In this document: positions 53,151 through 64,000 of the stretch, piece by piece
Layout: the number at the start of each line of letters is the position of its first letter
Position numbering within the stretch: the first letter of the stretch is position 1
Assembly: GCF_036971445.1 (NCBI RefSeq)
Contig: NC_091471.1
Location: 350,052,001 to 350,116,000, forward strand
Length of the DNA: 64,000 nt
From: Narcine bancroftii
Taxonomy: Eukaryota
Direction of reading: 5' to 3'
Notes under the pieces: model-generated
What the model saw: the letters and a program-made list of their open reading frames with translations, nothing else
Told to the model about the DNA's origin: nothing
The model's database searches: none
Program-made: the position numbers and the translations under genes

Positions 53151-54479
53151 AGATTTCAAGGTTTAAGATTCAAGATTTATTTACCGTCATGTAATAGTAC
53201 AGATCATGTAATAATACACAAAGTTGCCTTTGACCTGCATTAAGACAGATAAAGAGGCACCATTAGTACCGCCTGGCGCTCCTTACAGTAAAGAGGAAAG
53301 AGAAGCAAAGGAGAGTCCCTTCAGAGTCATTGAGTGTACATGGATTCACCTCCAGACCTCCCTCAGCCTCTGCAGCCAACAGATCTGTTTAATTCAGTGG
53401 CAACCTGAGCTTCAGATCCAAAACGGAAGCCTTCAGTGCCCGAGGGCCTTCAGGATCCCTTCTTGCCCTTGGCTCCGATACCTGGTTCCCATGAGCCAGT
53501 ATTTTGCAGCCTGCGCAGGTCTCCCGAGCACAAATCGCCTGCAGCCCGTGTGGGTCCCTCATCTGCTGAGCCCCTCAACTGGTCCGCTGCCATGGTCACC
53601 GTCCTGTAGAATCATTTCCTCCACCGGTGGGGGGGGGGGGGGGTTTCTTCCTGTTCCTCCTGTTCCTGGAGCCCTGCGCCAGTCCGCTGCCTCCCCAGAG
53701 TCTGCAACCCCTCATGGCTGTTGGTGAGCACAGGTGCCGCCGTGTTGCGCACAGACCTCCGCGGTTGGAGGATGTTAAATAAATCACTGTTGGGTCCTTT
53801 AACAGGCAGGCTAAAGTGTGCATGGAACCTATGACAGTAAGATCAGGGGGTTGAAACCATTAGAGCGACGCTGTGTCTCCACTCCCCGCTCTCCTGGGGT
53901 GCACACCAGCAGCAGCATTGCCATTATGGCACTTCCGGCAGCGCCACCATTTTAAAAATGATTTTAGCCTCAGCCATATCTTGTACAACTTCACCAATGA
54001 CTGACCAGATGGTAACAGATTCTACATGGACAGCTGCAAAGGTCAGATTGGTCACGATCTAACTGAATGGTGGAAGAAGTTCAAGGGGCCAAACAGCCTT
54101 CTCTTGGTTTATTGACCAGCAGTCACTGGAAACAATCAATTAGACCAGTAAATTTCAATCTGTTACAACCTTTAGTTACAGTGAAACATGAAAGTCTGCC
54201 GACGCCGTGATTGTATTAAAACACAGAAGTGCTGGAGGAACTTACAGTGTCCAGTGGAGGTAAATATATATTACCAACATTTCAGGCTTGAGCCCTTCTT
54301 CAAGGTAGTTATCCTGCTTTCCCCGATGACTGGAGCTTGTTTTACAGGTCAGAATGTTATCCAGTGACCAGGACATCATCCCCGATCCATGAATCTTCAG
54401 CTGACACATTTCCAGTGTGCCACAGGTCATCCTGGTGGAGAATATCATTGCTTAAATAGGGTAACCTCAAGTGGTTCAC

Positions 54480-54810
54480 TCCATCGAGGACATCTACAAG
54501 AGGCGGTGTCTTAAGAAAGCAGCCTCTACCTCAAAGACCCCCACCACCCAGGCCATGCCCTCTTCACACTGCTACCATCAGGAAGGAGATACAGGAGCCT
54601 GATGACGAGCATTCTGTGGCACAAGGACAGCTTCTTCCCCTCTGCCGTCAGATTCCTGAATGATCAATGAACCAAAGACACTGTCTTACTTTGATTTTTC
54701 ATGCAGTTTTATTTCTTTTGTGAGGTGATTTATATAAATGTTTGCTCTATAATGCTGCTGTATAACAACAAATTTTATGACATGTTCATGACAATAAATT
54801 CTGATTCTGG
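54480..54810 (+). mobile_element. L2-like LINE 3' fragment
   Basis: 'KDPHHPGHALFTLLPSGRRYRSL...KDSFFPSAVRFLN' plus (attctg)n tail. Relatives at about 47220-47500 and 59195-59720. Confidence 0.75.
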
Positions 54811-55099
54811 AAGCAGAGGGAGCTCAATTAAAGACAGCAGGTTCCTGAGTGATGCTTTTACTCATTATTCCAGCAACTGAAAAAAAAAATAATTATCAGG
54901 TGGCCTGATTAAAAGAAGGCACAATGTAACGACTGGAACATAAACCAGCTGAGATGTGCTAATATACACGTGTTAAAAGTACAACTGGTGAAACAGTGTT
55001 CTCTGGTCCTCAGTGCAAAACACGCAGACACATGCAGACATAACACACGTACAGACAAACAAGGCATATGCAGGACAAATATTTATTTTTTATATTCCC

Positions 55100-55101
<2 letters not shown>

Positions 55102-55154
<53 letters not shown>
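55102..55154. repeat. (TG)n microsatellite
   Basis: Perfect dinucleotide run. Confidence 0.97.
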
Positions 55155-55157
<3 letters not shown>

Positions 55158-58100
55158 TTTAATAAATAGTAAAAGGTTAGGGTGAGCAGTTCACACCTGT
55201 GTAACACCCACACTGTCTGTAAGGAGTTTGTACATTCTCTTCATGTCTGCATGGGTTTCCTTTGGGGTCTCCGGTTTCCTCCCACCCTTCAAAATGTACT
55301 GGGGAATGTTGGTTAATTTGGTGTAATTAGGTGGCATGGGCTCGTGTGCCCAAACGGCCTGTTACCATGCTCTATGTCCAAATTTTAAAAAAAAGAGTTT
55401 GACCACCTGTTGAGAAAGTGCTTCAGTGATTAAATTTTCAGTGGATTTAGATACAGATATCATCTCTGCAGAGCTAGCAGGCAGGGTTTGGATCCGACGC
55501 TGCCTCCGTACCACAGAGAATGTCAAGTTCCAAGCCCTTCTTCCCCTGATCTTATCCAGTGAGTAAAATCCCAGGCAGTTCGCTCTCTCCCTCATCTATG
55601 GAATCAACCTGGTGAAGCTCCTGAGCACTGCCTCCAAAGCCAGCATACCCTTTCTCACTGAAGGATACTGAGCTTCAGATTTCTTCATCATCTCTGTGCA
55701 TCTGTTTCCACCGAACTCCCAAATAGCCTGGATCTATATTAGGAGAGAGTCGCTGAGCCATTGTACTGTGGAGCCATAGCAATAGGACCTCCACATCTCA
55801 CCAACTATCGATACCCATCTATACTCAGGCTACACGATTCCCATTTCACATGTCCCCACATGTCCTCCTAGATCCTACCACTCACCCACACATCAGGGGC
55901 AATTTACAACTAGTGAACCTACCATCCCGCATGTACTTGGAACAAGAGGAGTACCTGGGAACAAACTTTCACAGTCACTGGGAGCACGTGCAAACTCTGC
56001 AGAGACACCACCTGAGGTTAGGAATGAACCCACTGGAGCTCTGAGGCAGCAGTACTACTAGCTGTGGCCCAAGGTCACGCCACCAAGTTACATAGCACAT
56101 AGAACATTAGACACAGTACAGGCCCTTCAGCCCACAATATTATACTGACCTATAAAAATCTATTCAACAAATTAAATGTTCCCTACCTCACATCCAGGCA
56201 CCTGTCTAAGAGTCTCTTAAATGCCCTTATTGTACCAGCCTCCACTACCACCCCTGGCCATGCATTCCAGGCACCCACTAAACTCTCTGTTTTTTTAAAA
56301 AAAACTTACCCCTGACGTCTCCCCTAAACTTTTCTCCCCTCACCTTATGTCCTCTGGTGTTTGCTACTGTTGCCCCAGGGAAAAAAGGTGTTGGGTGTTC
56401 ACCCTATCTCTGGCTCTCATAATCTTATAGACCTCTATTAAGTCTCCTCATCCTTCTTCACTCCAAAGGGAAAAGCCCCAGCTCTGCTAACCTTGCCTCA
56501 CAAGACACGTTCTCCAATCCAGGCGGCATCCTGGCAAATCTCCTTTGCATTGCTTTGCATCCTTCTTGTAATGAGGTGACCAGAACTGAATACAATTTTC
56601 CAAGTGGGGGCTAACCAAAGTTTAATAGTATTGAAACAAAAGTTCTAGATGCTTGGCTCACAAGAAGTATCTACTCTACCACACACAAGGCAAAGGAACA
56701 GAAGCTGGCCACTAGGCCCATTGAGTCTGTTAAACCATTAGAAACTTCAGTTTGATCATCACTTGGCCTTTGATATATCCAAGTCTAATGACACAAAGGT
56801 TAAAGGTGAACTGGGAGGGATTTAAGAGGGACCCCAGGGGGAACTTTTTCCCTCAGGGTGGTCTGTATCTGGAACTGCCAGAGGAAGCTGTAAAAGTGGT
56901 ACAATTCTGACATTCAATTTACACTGAGATAGGTCTATGGTTAGGAAGGATTTAGAAGGACATAGACCACATTGCAGGCAAATGGAACTGGCCCAGAATG
57001 CCAACTTGGTCAGCATGGTTGAGTTGGGCTGAAGGGCCTTTTCTGCGCTGCATGTCTCTATGAGAAGTAGGGAGTCTATTGCTGTTTTTTCTTGGGTATG
57101 GGTCAAGGCAAGTGGGAATAGGCCTTTGGTGTGTCAGTACATGTAAGTCTGTGGCTTGGAGCAGCCATTGGTGATGGCCACCACAGTATGGATGTGATGC
57201 CTCCGAGATTGGAAAATTGCCTCCGCTTTTGGCAAATATTGTTGATAGGCAACGAGGGTTCAGCTCAGAGTCTCTGAATACGCTTGGATCTGGGTTCCAG
57301 GCATTGATTAGCCACGTTTGGGTATCAGGTTCTCCAGTTACCATTGAGGCAGAAGGAATGAGCTTTGTGCTTTTCCACATTTCATTACAGGTTGCTCAGT
57401 GCAGAGAAGGTCAAAGGTGCAAAATAAACCTTCAGTAGAATCTAAGAGCACAGAGAGAGCCAGCAAGGCCCAATATGTTGGCCTAGAGCTATCCAGAATT
57501 GTCTGAATTCTGAGATTTCCTGCTTCTGCCTTGTTCTGCTTATTTTGAAGAATGGCTCAGGCTCGAAATGTCGGGGATAGATCTTTGTCCCATATGGATG
57601 CTGATAAGACTGGTTGACTTCCTCCAGCATTTTGGTGTGTTTTCACTACAATCACAGCATTTGTGGACTTTCATGTTTCACCCATGTGAGAGTTATACTG
57701 TAAAAGTCCAAAAATCCGGATCGCCTGAGAATCTGGACCTCTAAAACTCTCAAATTTAAAAAATTTAGTGTGTGCGCACGCACACACGTAAGTGCCATAG
57801 ATGAGCAGAAATCATGGAAATTAATCAATCAAAATTTATTAACAAGACTTTTCAAACTCTGCCTTGCAGATCTTTAACTGCAATCTGCACATTTTGACTG
57901 GTCAGCTCTCACAAGGTGACAGCAAACCAAAACTAAAAACCAAAACCCATTCCATGGCAGTTCATGCAATACCGCCTCTTTGTTGCAAGTATAATCTGCT
58001 AACAATCGCTATGCCTCTGCCTGGCTGGTGTTTAGTGGTGCCTGTCCTGTATGGTGCTGAGGGTCTGCTGGATTCTTGAGGATTAAATCGAGGTTTGGAC

Positions 58101-58299
58101 TCTGCACTCTGCACTCTGCAGAAATGGAACAACTCATGGCACTGCTAAAGGGCGGAACAGGGAGTCCTTGAGTTGTGGCCAATACCCCCACTACCATCAC
58201 CCTGAATCTCAATGTTTTTGAGGGGAACTTCCAGTGCATGGGTTGGTGACTATCACCTGGGACATGTCCTATTGGGGCAAAGCTTCCATTTCACCTGTG

Positions 58300-58690
58300 C
58301 CTAGTATGTAATTTGTGTGCACAGGTGTGTGTTCGCACACAGGAGGGATCAGCATAAGTGTCTGTCTGCAATGTTTGTACATGCTTGTGTGCATGTATCT
58401 GTGCAGATGTGTGTGTATTTGTGTATGTGTTAGTGCATGTATTTATGTAGTACATGTGTAAGTGTCTGTATCAGGACATAGTATCCGTGTATGTTCACAC
58501 ATTTGTAATTCCATGCATGTATTATGTATGTGCACATACATTTGTACTGGTGTGTGTGTAAGTGTTTATCTGTTCATGTGCCATGTATCTCCATGCAGGC
58601 ATGTTTGTGTGTTTGAATATTTGTACGTATGTATGTGGTGCATGTGTGCGAGTATGCGCGTGTGTGTGTGCACACGTGCGCCATATGTGA
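58300..58690. repeat. Degenerate TG/TA-rich low-complexity tract upstream of RGS9 exon 2
   Basis: Alternating purine-pyrimidine sequence such as gtgtgcatgtatgtgt. Confidence 0.85.
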
Positions 58691-58936
58691 ATTATAAAGT
58701 GAAGTGAAAGGTACTGTGAAGGCACAAGGCAGTGCTGAGCCAGGAGAGGATACAGCCGTCTGTCTGAACCCAGAACTCAGCAGAGGCCAACTGCAGTGAC
58801 CAGCGGCAGCGGGTAGTTCAGGCCACGGTCCTCTGCCTGTGGTCATGCTCTCCTCACCAGCACTGCCTTGGAATGTTGCAGCATTTGTTTTGATCTCTCT
58901 CTCCTTGCACTCTGTTTGGAACTCCTCTCCCTTTAG

Positions 58937-59033
58937 ATTGAACCTCTGATCATAGAGATGCAGGATCCCAGGACTGGAATCAAAACCCAAACACAGAGGC
59001 TGATGATCACCACCATTCCTCATGCCATGACAG
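58937..59033 (+). CDS. RGS9: RGS9 exon 2 (start of DEP domain)
   Basis: ctctccctttag|[33 protein letters not shown]|gtagga, 97 nt, in frame with exon 1. Compare recalled mammalian [33 protein letters not shown]. Confidence 0.95.
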
Positions 59034-59939
59034 GTAGGAGCTGGCTCCCTACATACAAGCTGCTTCCTGTCCATGACTTTGTTTCTTGCAGTCAGTCCTT
59101 GCGATTGTGGGCCTGAACTGTTAAACCTCTTGCCATCCCCATATGTCTGTCACCCTTCAGCACCTCTACTTAGGAGTTTGTGGTGGTTTAGTTATGACAT
59201 TGGAAACCCTGGCAAATTTCTACAAATGAGTTGTGGAAACTGTGCTGCCTGACTACATCACAGTCTGGTAGGGGGACACCATTAGCCCTGAGCGTAAAGC
59301 CCTCCAAAAAGTAGTGGACACATCCCAGGGGATCACAGACAAAACTCTCCCCACCAAGAGCATCTACAGGGATCATCAAGGATCCACATCACCCAGCACA
59401 TGTTCTGTTCTCGCTGTTGCCATCAGGAAAGAGGTATTGGTGCCACAAGACTTACACCACCAGATTCAGGAACAGCTGCTCCCCCTCCACCATCTGACTC
59501 CTCAACAACAAACTCCATCAGGGACCCATTTCAGGACTCTTACTTTTGCACTTTGTTGATTTTTTTCCCCTCTCTGTATTGCACAGTTGGTTTGTTTACT
59601 CTTTGTTAACTATTTACATGTGTAAGTTGTGTAGTTTTTTTTTGTACTACCGATAAGTGGTAATTCTGCCTTGCCCGCAGGAAAAAGATGTAATGTATGT
59701 ACTCTGACAATATCTCCGAAATCTGTCATCCTTCACCCCTCCCGGTTTCATCAGTCCCCTGCCGACCCATGTCCAACCCCTCCCATTGTGCTGACTCACC
59801 CCTCCTCACTCATTCTTGATGCATCAAATGTTCCTTCCCTCCCACTGATCAGATCGGATCCTATTTATTGTCATGTGATATCACACAAAATTTCCTTTCG
59901 TCCGATGCTGCTCGACTTGCTGATTTCCTTCATGGTTGA

Positions 59940-60362
59940 AGTAAAAATACAATGCTGGAGAAACTCAGCAGGTCAAACAATGCACTTTACATAGAAGATA
60001 CATCACCAATGTTTTCGGGCTTGTGCCCGTCATCAAAGTATGTAAAAATGTTGGCAGATGCCTGAATAAAAATGTGGGGGAGGAAGGGGCAGGTTGTGGA
60101 GTACGGTGCCACAGGCAGGTGGTTGCTGTGTTTGCTGCTGTGCCCTCCCTCCCTTATCCACCTATTACCTCCTGCCTGTGGGACCGTGCTCCTCCTCTTG
60201 CCCCTTCCCTATCCCCCTCACGACATTTTGTTCAGACGCCTGCCTATATTTTTCCATATTTTGATGATAAGCTCAAGCCCGAAACGTTGATTGTGTACCT
60301 TTATCCTTGCTGTATAAAGTACAGTTTGACCTGCTGAGTTTCTCCAGCACTGTGTTTTTGCC
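59940..60362. mobile_element. Inverted pair of Penelope-derived short elements
   Basis: 59940-60122 is an imperfect reverse complement of 60168-60362. Confidence 0.85.
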
Positions 60363-60890
60363 TGCCAAAAGTATTCCCAGGTCTCTCTACCCCCTACGCC
60401 TGTTCCCACAGTGATTTTGCATTTCCACATTTTCTCCCTTCCCTGAGGTGCGGACACCACCTCCGCTCCATGAAACCCGCTCCACCTCCTCCTTGGAGTG
60501 AAGCGGTGTGGCTCTGGATTGATGTGGTCTGTTTGGATTGGGGAGGGGGAGAGTGGGTAATGGGTAGACAAAAACAGAACTAACAACATCTTCTGTTCTG
60601 CGTTATGTTCAGCATTTGGTTCACCCCCCCCACGAGAACACCCACTTTGAAGCCATTTGCCCTCTCTACACAGAAGATGAAACAGAACTAGCCTAAAGAG
60701 GAATGTGGTTAGCTCATCCTTGCATTAGCTCACTCTGTTGCTAGGATACCTGGTATAAAATTAAGAGGATTACACAACACAAACCGACATCTGTAAGACT
60801 GCAGATCTTATCTATTTGGAAGTTTCATTTGCCAATTCAGGACATTTGAAGAGGGTCAGACCAGTAGCACCTGGTGATTTAGGCCCCTCT

Positions 60891-61373
60891 TTTTTTTTCA
60901 AGTTCAGGAATCTTTAGATTTTATTCTAACAGCTTTTAATTACAGTGCTTGTTTGTCAAATGCAAATTGAACCTTATACAAAACAATTGATTAGTAGTGT
61001 CTGTAATGAAAGGATTAACTTCACACAAATAACCCATTTTGATCAGACCCCCCAAGTATTCACTGTCTAGCTTCTCAGCCTCTGTTTTAAAAGCTTCAAT
61101 TGGCGAATCAAGTCCTTGCAGTATTTGTCATCAGATGAGTTCTACAGGGAGGATGATTTGGAAGAAAAGGGAATTGGAAATGATGGCAATACAATGTCCT
61201 GCACAACACCAAAAATGGAATGACTTGTACATGTAGTTTCACATGTTGGGAAAAGCAAAGAGGAATAAAAGGCTTGGGTGCATTAATTGACATTGCTCCC
61301 TGCTATACATCAAGCTAACACAAAGCCAAAAGAAAACTTCTCATCTGACCCAACAGTGCCTGCATGCTGTGAT
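60891..61373 (-). pseudogene. Retroposed, 5'-truncated mRNA 3'-end fragment (source unknown)
   Basis: Perfect 17-bp direct repeats GTGATTTAGGCCCCTCT at 60874-60890 and 61374-61390; T8 run at 60891-60898; minus-strand AATAAA at 60920-60925. Confidence 0.8.
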
Positions 61374-63086
61374 GTGATTTAGGCCCCTCTGAAGGGAGGT
61401 GGTTTCTCTGGATCTTGTCAGTAACCTCCAACAATCCACTGGCCTCCTCCAATCCTTTCACAACCCTCTTTGACCTCCAATCCCTGGTTTCGGGACTTCT
61501 GCATTCCCCCAGTCCCTTTGCAACCTTCCAGGACCCATCCTCTAGTCACTCCATAACCTTCCAGGACCTCTGTACATTTCTGAACTCTTTATGACCTTTC
61601 AGGACCTTAGCGCTCCTCCAGTCCTAGCCCCCAATGTGTCTCCCTGATTTTCTTCACTGCGACCTGATTGGCCACCCCTTACTGGATCCTCCAATTCCCT
61701 TAATATCTACCCTCCTGTACATTGCACCTTAAACATTCTCTTTGACCAAGGTTTTGGTCACAGCATTTACCATTACCTCTGACCTGCTGAATGATAGAAG
61801 TTCCCCCTACAATTGCCAACGACATAGAGTACTGAACAGTACAGTGAAGAAACAGGCCATTCGGCCCACAATATCCATACTGACTATGATGCCAATTCAA
61901 ACGTATCCCATCTACCAGCACATTGTCTCCTCTCTGCCAATTCATTTAATTTAAAAAAAACTTTAGCCACAGTAACAAGCCATTTCGGTTCACAAACCCA
62001 TGCAGCCTAAATATTCCAATTGACCTACAAGCACTGGTACGTTTTTAAAGGGTGGGAGGAAACCAGAGCCCCCGGAGGAAACTCGTTCAGACATGGGGAG
62101 AACGTACCTACTCCTTACTGACAGCACAGCATGTGTTGGTTCAAATTTCTCTTAAACATTGCTGTCGTATCTGCTGCCACCACCCCCTTTGGCAATTCCA
62201 GGCACCTAGAATTCTCTGTGTAAAAGTAAAACCTGCCTTCTAAATCTTGTTACATTTGCCTCCCCTCTTCTTAAACCTGTAGTGTTTGACATTTCCATTC
62301 TTGGAAAAGATTCTATCTTTACCTCTGATCATTTTATATACTTCTATCAGCCTCTCCACCTCTTGCTCCAAAGAAAACAATCTAAATTAATTCAGTCTCT
62401 CCTTACAGCTAACATCTCTAATTTCAGCAAATTTCCTGTGATGCGGCATCCAGAGCTGCGCATGACACCCCATGTATGGCTGCAAATCCAAATGGCGTCC
62501 AACCAAATATTATCCATAGCGAATGGGGTCCATTTGCTCAGAAAGCAGAGCCTATTTAATGACTGGGAGAAACAGAAATGACAGCAATGGAAAAATGGAA
62601 TCATGCAGTTGCTGGGACCCTTTAGTTAAAACAGAGGATGTGGAAAACACTCGGCAGACCATTCAGCATCTGTGGAGGGAGAAGTGAGACCTTTCACAAG
62701 AACCAAAGGAAAGGGCCAGTAAGCAGAAGAATGGTCAGCTGAGATTCTGGGGTGGGTCACTGGCTGGAAAGATGAGAGCACCACTTGCTGAGAGTGATGC
62801 AGTGAGCGGGTATGTGGACTCCCGGTGTTGCAATGCTCGCTGGCGCAGTCATCGAAGGAAGCCATTCTGTCTATCGATCCATGCTAGCCCGCAGCATCAC
62901 AATCCAATCTGCCCCATTCCCTCTCCCCTTCCTTCACGGTCTCCTTCCTTCCCTGTTGCCCAGGACCTTATTCTTTCGCTCTTGCCTGCACAGAACTGGG
63001 CCTTCAGCCCATCTTGTCCATACCAACCAAGCTGGCATTCTGGATGAGTCCCAATTTACCTGCATTTGGCCCATCTCCTTCTAAAC

Positions 63087-63756
63087 CAGGGGTCTCCAAA
63101 CTTTTTAGACCATTAACCCCTTCATGTAGATGTGCAGTTTCCATATGGATTAGTGAGGGAAACTGCATACCATATGCATGGTGTCTGGGACTCCCAGCAA
63201 CAAACCAAACTTTGTTACAACACCACAATCACCAAGTAACAAATCTATAAATTAAGCAAGCAAGCAATTACAATAACAGTAAAGATAAACCTTTGCTTCT
63301 GTCTGGGCAGATGGCATATGGAGCTGGGTCCAAGTCTTCAGCATCGGTGACTCCATTCTCAACATTGGGTACGATGCCGTCCGCATTGAAGAAGTCACTT
63401 AGGGTTCCTGGCAGGAGTGGGGATGTTGGGCTCCCGGGCAAGAATGGAGACATTGGGCAAGAACGGAGACATTGGGCTCCCGGCAGAAGCAGGGACATCA
63501 GGCTCCCGGGAAAGACCAGGGACATCGGGCTCTCGGCAGGAGCAGGGATGTCAGACTCCCGGCATGAGCAGGGACATTGGGCTCCTGGGCAAGGGCCAGG
63601 GACATTGGACTCCCAGGCAGGAGCAGGGACCTTGGCCTCTATAATTCTTTCAACCCAAAAAGTTCAAACAACCCACCCATCCCCAGCAATTTTTGACCCC
63701 TTGGATAATCCCATCCACCCCCCAGGGGTCGATTTTGACCACTTTTGAGACCCCTA
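63087..63756. mobile_element. hAT (Charlie-like) non-autonomous element
   Basis: TIRs CAGGGGTCTCCAAA / TTTTGAGACCCCTA; perfect 8-bp TSD TTCTAAAC at 63079-63086 and 63757-63764; inserted into a CR1 tail. Confidence 0.92.
63410..63632 (+). repeat. GC-rich minisatellite inside the hAT element
   Basis: About 8-9 imperfect units of roughly 26 bp, consensus ggcaggagcagggacattgggctccc. Confidence 0.85.
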
Positions 63757-64000
63757 TTCTAAACCTATCCAGTCCTCATACCCATCCAAATGTCTTGAAC
63801 ATTATAATTGTTATGGGTAACTCAGAGTGGCTAATTAACCCAAGAACACATTATTGGGGAAACTGGAGCCTCATGTGTTCACAGGGAGAAAATGCCATCT
63901 CCATGCAGCAGCACTAACTGCTGCACCACCGTACTCAGCTGCTCAGTCAGAAGCTGCAATCTTGTCATTCAATGGAGGGGCAGGTCCAATCCAGGCTCCG

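Noticed and set aside
56952-57438. 142-aa minus-strand ORF in RGS9 intron 1
   Set aside because: No recognisable homology; runs into a CR1 tail; no supporting exon structure.
60700-61020. CRX/OTX-type GGATTA cluster as a photoreceptor enhancer
   Set aside because: Only a few hexamers, and two of them lie inside the retroposed insert; not above chance.
63410-63632. CRISPR-like array or collagen-like ORF (63293-63748)
   Set aside because: Eukaryotic minisatellite without unique spacers, located inside a hAT element; the ORF is a by-product of the repeat.
59034-64000. RGS9 exon 3
   Set aside because: No segment resembling the expected ~51-nt 'SDVLQWI...' exon with splice sites was found; it probably lies beyond the window.

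Overview
Vertebrate nuclear DNA. The gene and repeat content (CR1/L2 tails, tRNA-derived SINEs, Penelope-like and RTE elements) suggests a cartilaginous fish, probably a ray; this is an inference. Three gene units are visible. (1) A complete six-exon ALYREF/THOC4 gene on the minus strand (CDS 37207 to 28679, 254 aa, all splice sites canonical GT-AG). (2) The first two coding exons of RGS9 on the plus strand (45406-45468 and 58937-59033), divergent from ALYREF and continuing beyond the window. (3) A CpG-island promoter and non-coding first exon of a minus-strand gene leaving the left edge, inferred from synteny to be ARHGDIA. Most of the rest is transposon debris: L1, Tx1-like, RTE, CR1, L2, Penelope-like elements with hammerhead-ribozyme-like termini, an RT-less Gypsy element, a solo LTR, and Tigger and hAT MITEs. 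Most ORFs in the supplied track are spurious or TE-derived. The most notable observations are: a TSD-flanked retroposed 3'UTR fragment in RGS9 intron 2; an L1 with nearly all of ORF2 deleted in frame; a family-wide U3 variant of minimal hammerhead motifs; a tandem pair of stem-conserved hairpins in a possible distal ALYREF last exon; and an RGS9-ALYREF-(ARHGDIA) linkage that mirrors the RGS11-ARHGDIG paralogon. No clearly new multi-gene system can be established from sequence alone. TE boundaries are approximate unless TIRs or TSDs are given.
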